A DNA stretch of 64,000 nt from Fervidobacterium sp. (GTDB lineage Bacteria > Thermotogota > Thermotogae > Thermotogales > Fervidobacteriaceae): assembly GCA_049970055.1 (NCBI GenBank), contig JBMFNR010000001.1:1-64000 (forward strand). Direction: 5' to 3'. Every line of letters starts with the position of its first letter. The stretch's first letter is position 1. Under the pieces are notes generated by a model, which searched no databases, was not told the DNA's origin, and saw nothing but the letters and a program-made list of their open reading frames with translations. Positions 62,630 to 64,000 of the stretch are shown here, in pieces. The translations under genes were made by a program, and so were the position numbers.

Positions 62630-62659
62630 ATTTTACGCATGTAACTTGTTACGTACCAA
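62630..62659 (-). promoter_or_regulatory. Candidate promoter of CBM4 locus with palindrome in spacer
   Basis: TTGGTA, 18 nt, TAAAAT; inverted repeat GTAAC-TT-GTTAC at 62641-62652. Confidence 0.4.
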
Positions 62660-62800
62660 ATTTGGAAAAAAACGACAACTTCCACTTGAAAAGTAAAAAA
62701 TCCCCTACCAAATGACTACTTACTTTTGGTATCAACCGTTTTCTCTATACTGTAACTTATCTTATTATCTTATCCAAAAAAACCCTCCAAGCATCCATTG

Positions 62801-62856
62801 TTGACAAATGCGTTCATTATGTTATAATTTTAGCAGACGACTTCTATATTTGCTAA
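62801..62856 (+). promoter_or_regulatory. hrcA promoter and degenerate CIRCE
   Basis: TTGACA (62801-62806), 16 nt, TATAAT (62823-62828); TTAGCAGAC-N9-ATTTGCTAA (62830-62856). Confidence 0.8.
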
Positions 62857-62919
62857 TTAAACTGACAAGATAAAAATTATTATAAAGATTATTCGAGTAA
62901 TGGCAGGAGGTGCTTTTCA

Positions 62920-63942
62920 ATGGACATTACCGAACGCCAACAGAAAATACTGTATTGTATCGTGCAAGATTACATAAATACAAAGACCCCTGTCAGTTCA
63001 AAGAAAGTACTTGAAAGTGCGGTTATAGAACGTTCTGGGGCGACTATAAGAAATGATATGAACAGATTGATGAAAGCTGGTTACATATACCAGCCTCATA
63101 CATCGGCTGGTAGGATTCCAACAGATAAAGGGCTAAGATTTTACGTGAATGAGTTAAAGAAGATTAGACAAGAGGTAAAAGCCAAAGGTACTCATGTTGA
63201 GACCGCCGTTAATTTCCCGATCGGCGATATGGAAAAGGTATTGACAGGTGCTGCAAAGCTTCTAAGTTCATCGACAAAAGGCATGGTTATAATTGAAAAG
63301 CCTAGCCCTCTCAACCTTAGAATTAAACGTATCGTTGTTACCCCTGTTAGTAAGAACTTTTCGATAGCTAATGTGATAACTTCGCTTGGGTTGAACTCAT
63401 CCATTCCACTTCAACATGGAGAAGTTGAAAGTCTTTACCATATAGAAGAAATGTTGAACAAGGTTATGACCGGACTTACCTTGAACGAATTCAAAACGAA
63501 GTTAAAAGAAATTCTCAATAAAATAAGTAGTATAATGGACTTCAACTCAGAGGAAGTCGGAAAAGGCTTTCTGGAAATAAGCGAAAGGCTTTCAATGGAG
63601 AGTTATGAAGACTATATTACGGAAGGTTTATATAATTTGCTTTCTAATGATAGAATTAACCTGAAAAAGCTGCAAAACATACTTGGATACGTTTCCAGTG
63701 ATGCATTTTATAAAGATGTGTTTGAGCTTGAAAGTGATATTTACATAGGTAAAGAACATGGACTAAGGTTTTTAGATGACTTCTCTTTAATTGTTGGTAA
63801 TTTTTATGCGGAGAATTCTCCTATTGGGAGAATAGCCGTAATCTTCGACAAATATGGCAAGTACGATCAGATAATTGATAGCTTCGAATTCTTAATCAAT
63901 AGATTGACAGAGTATTTCACGGTAGTATCAAGAAATATTTAA
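62920..63942 (+). CDS. hrcA: Heat-inducible transcription repressor HrcA
   Basis: TERQQKIL, PVSS, ATIRNDM, QPHTSAGRIPTDKGLRFYV. Confidence 0.95.
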   Translation: MDITERQQKILYCIVQDYINTKTPVSSKKVLESAVIERSGATIRNDMNRLMKAGYIYQPHTSAGRIPTDKGLRFYVNELKKIRQEVKAKGTHVETAVNFPIGDMEKVLTGAAKLLSSSTKGMVIIEKPSPLNLRIKRIVVTPVSKNFSIANVITSLGLNSSIPLQHGEVESLYHIEEMLNKVMTGLTLNEFKTKLKEILNKISSIMDFNSEEVGKGFLEISERLSMESYEDYITEGLYNLLSNDRINLKKLQNILGYVSSDAFYKDVFELESDIYIGKEHGLRFLDDFSLIVGNFYAENSPIGRIAVIFDKYGKYDQIIDSFEFLINRLTEYFTVVSRNI

Positions 63943-63981
63943 TCAAATAATAAAATAAAAAATTGAAGGAGGTTGGTCTTT

Positions 63982-64000
63982 ATGGAATTTGAAAAGGAAA
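63982..64000 (+). CDS. Start of next gene (possibly grpE), truncated by window
   Basis: AGGAGG then ATG GAA TTT GAA AAG GAA; identity guessed only from the usual hrcA-grpE order. Confidence 0.4.

Overview
AT-rich bacterial chromosomal segment, inferred to be Thermotogota and probably Fervidobacterium-like (AGGGTTTGATC 16S 5' variant, IspH-S1 fusion, stand-alone dnaK, shuffled operons). It is mostly housekeeping: asnS, glpX, yqeH, pduL, dnaN, dnaK, galM, pepF, panB, smc, murC/murG/ftsW, gatAB, tal, aspS, cmk, ispH-rpsA, der, rpsB, hrcA. It also carries a LacI-regulated GH65 phosphorylase/ABC sugar operon and a non-catalytic CBM4/porin/solute-binding protein locus. Most notable: (1) the 16S rRNA gene at the left edge is interrupted at the helix 10 apex by at least 173 nt of structured, non-rRNA sequence containing an exact 20-nt direct repeat; (2) a putative beta-1,3-glucan capture locus with four CBM4 modules, no hydrolase or permease, and two single-base frameshifts; (3) an in-frame SD+ATG at the IspH/S1 junction; (4) a CIRCE whose spacer holds the dnaK -35 box. 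No transposase, integrase, cas gene or tRNA was recognised. All calls are by eye from motifs and recalled family knowledge; no searches were run.
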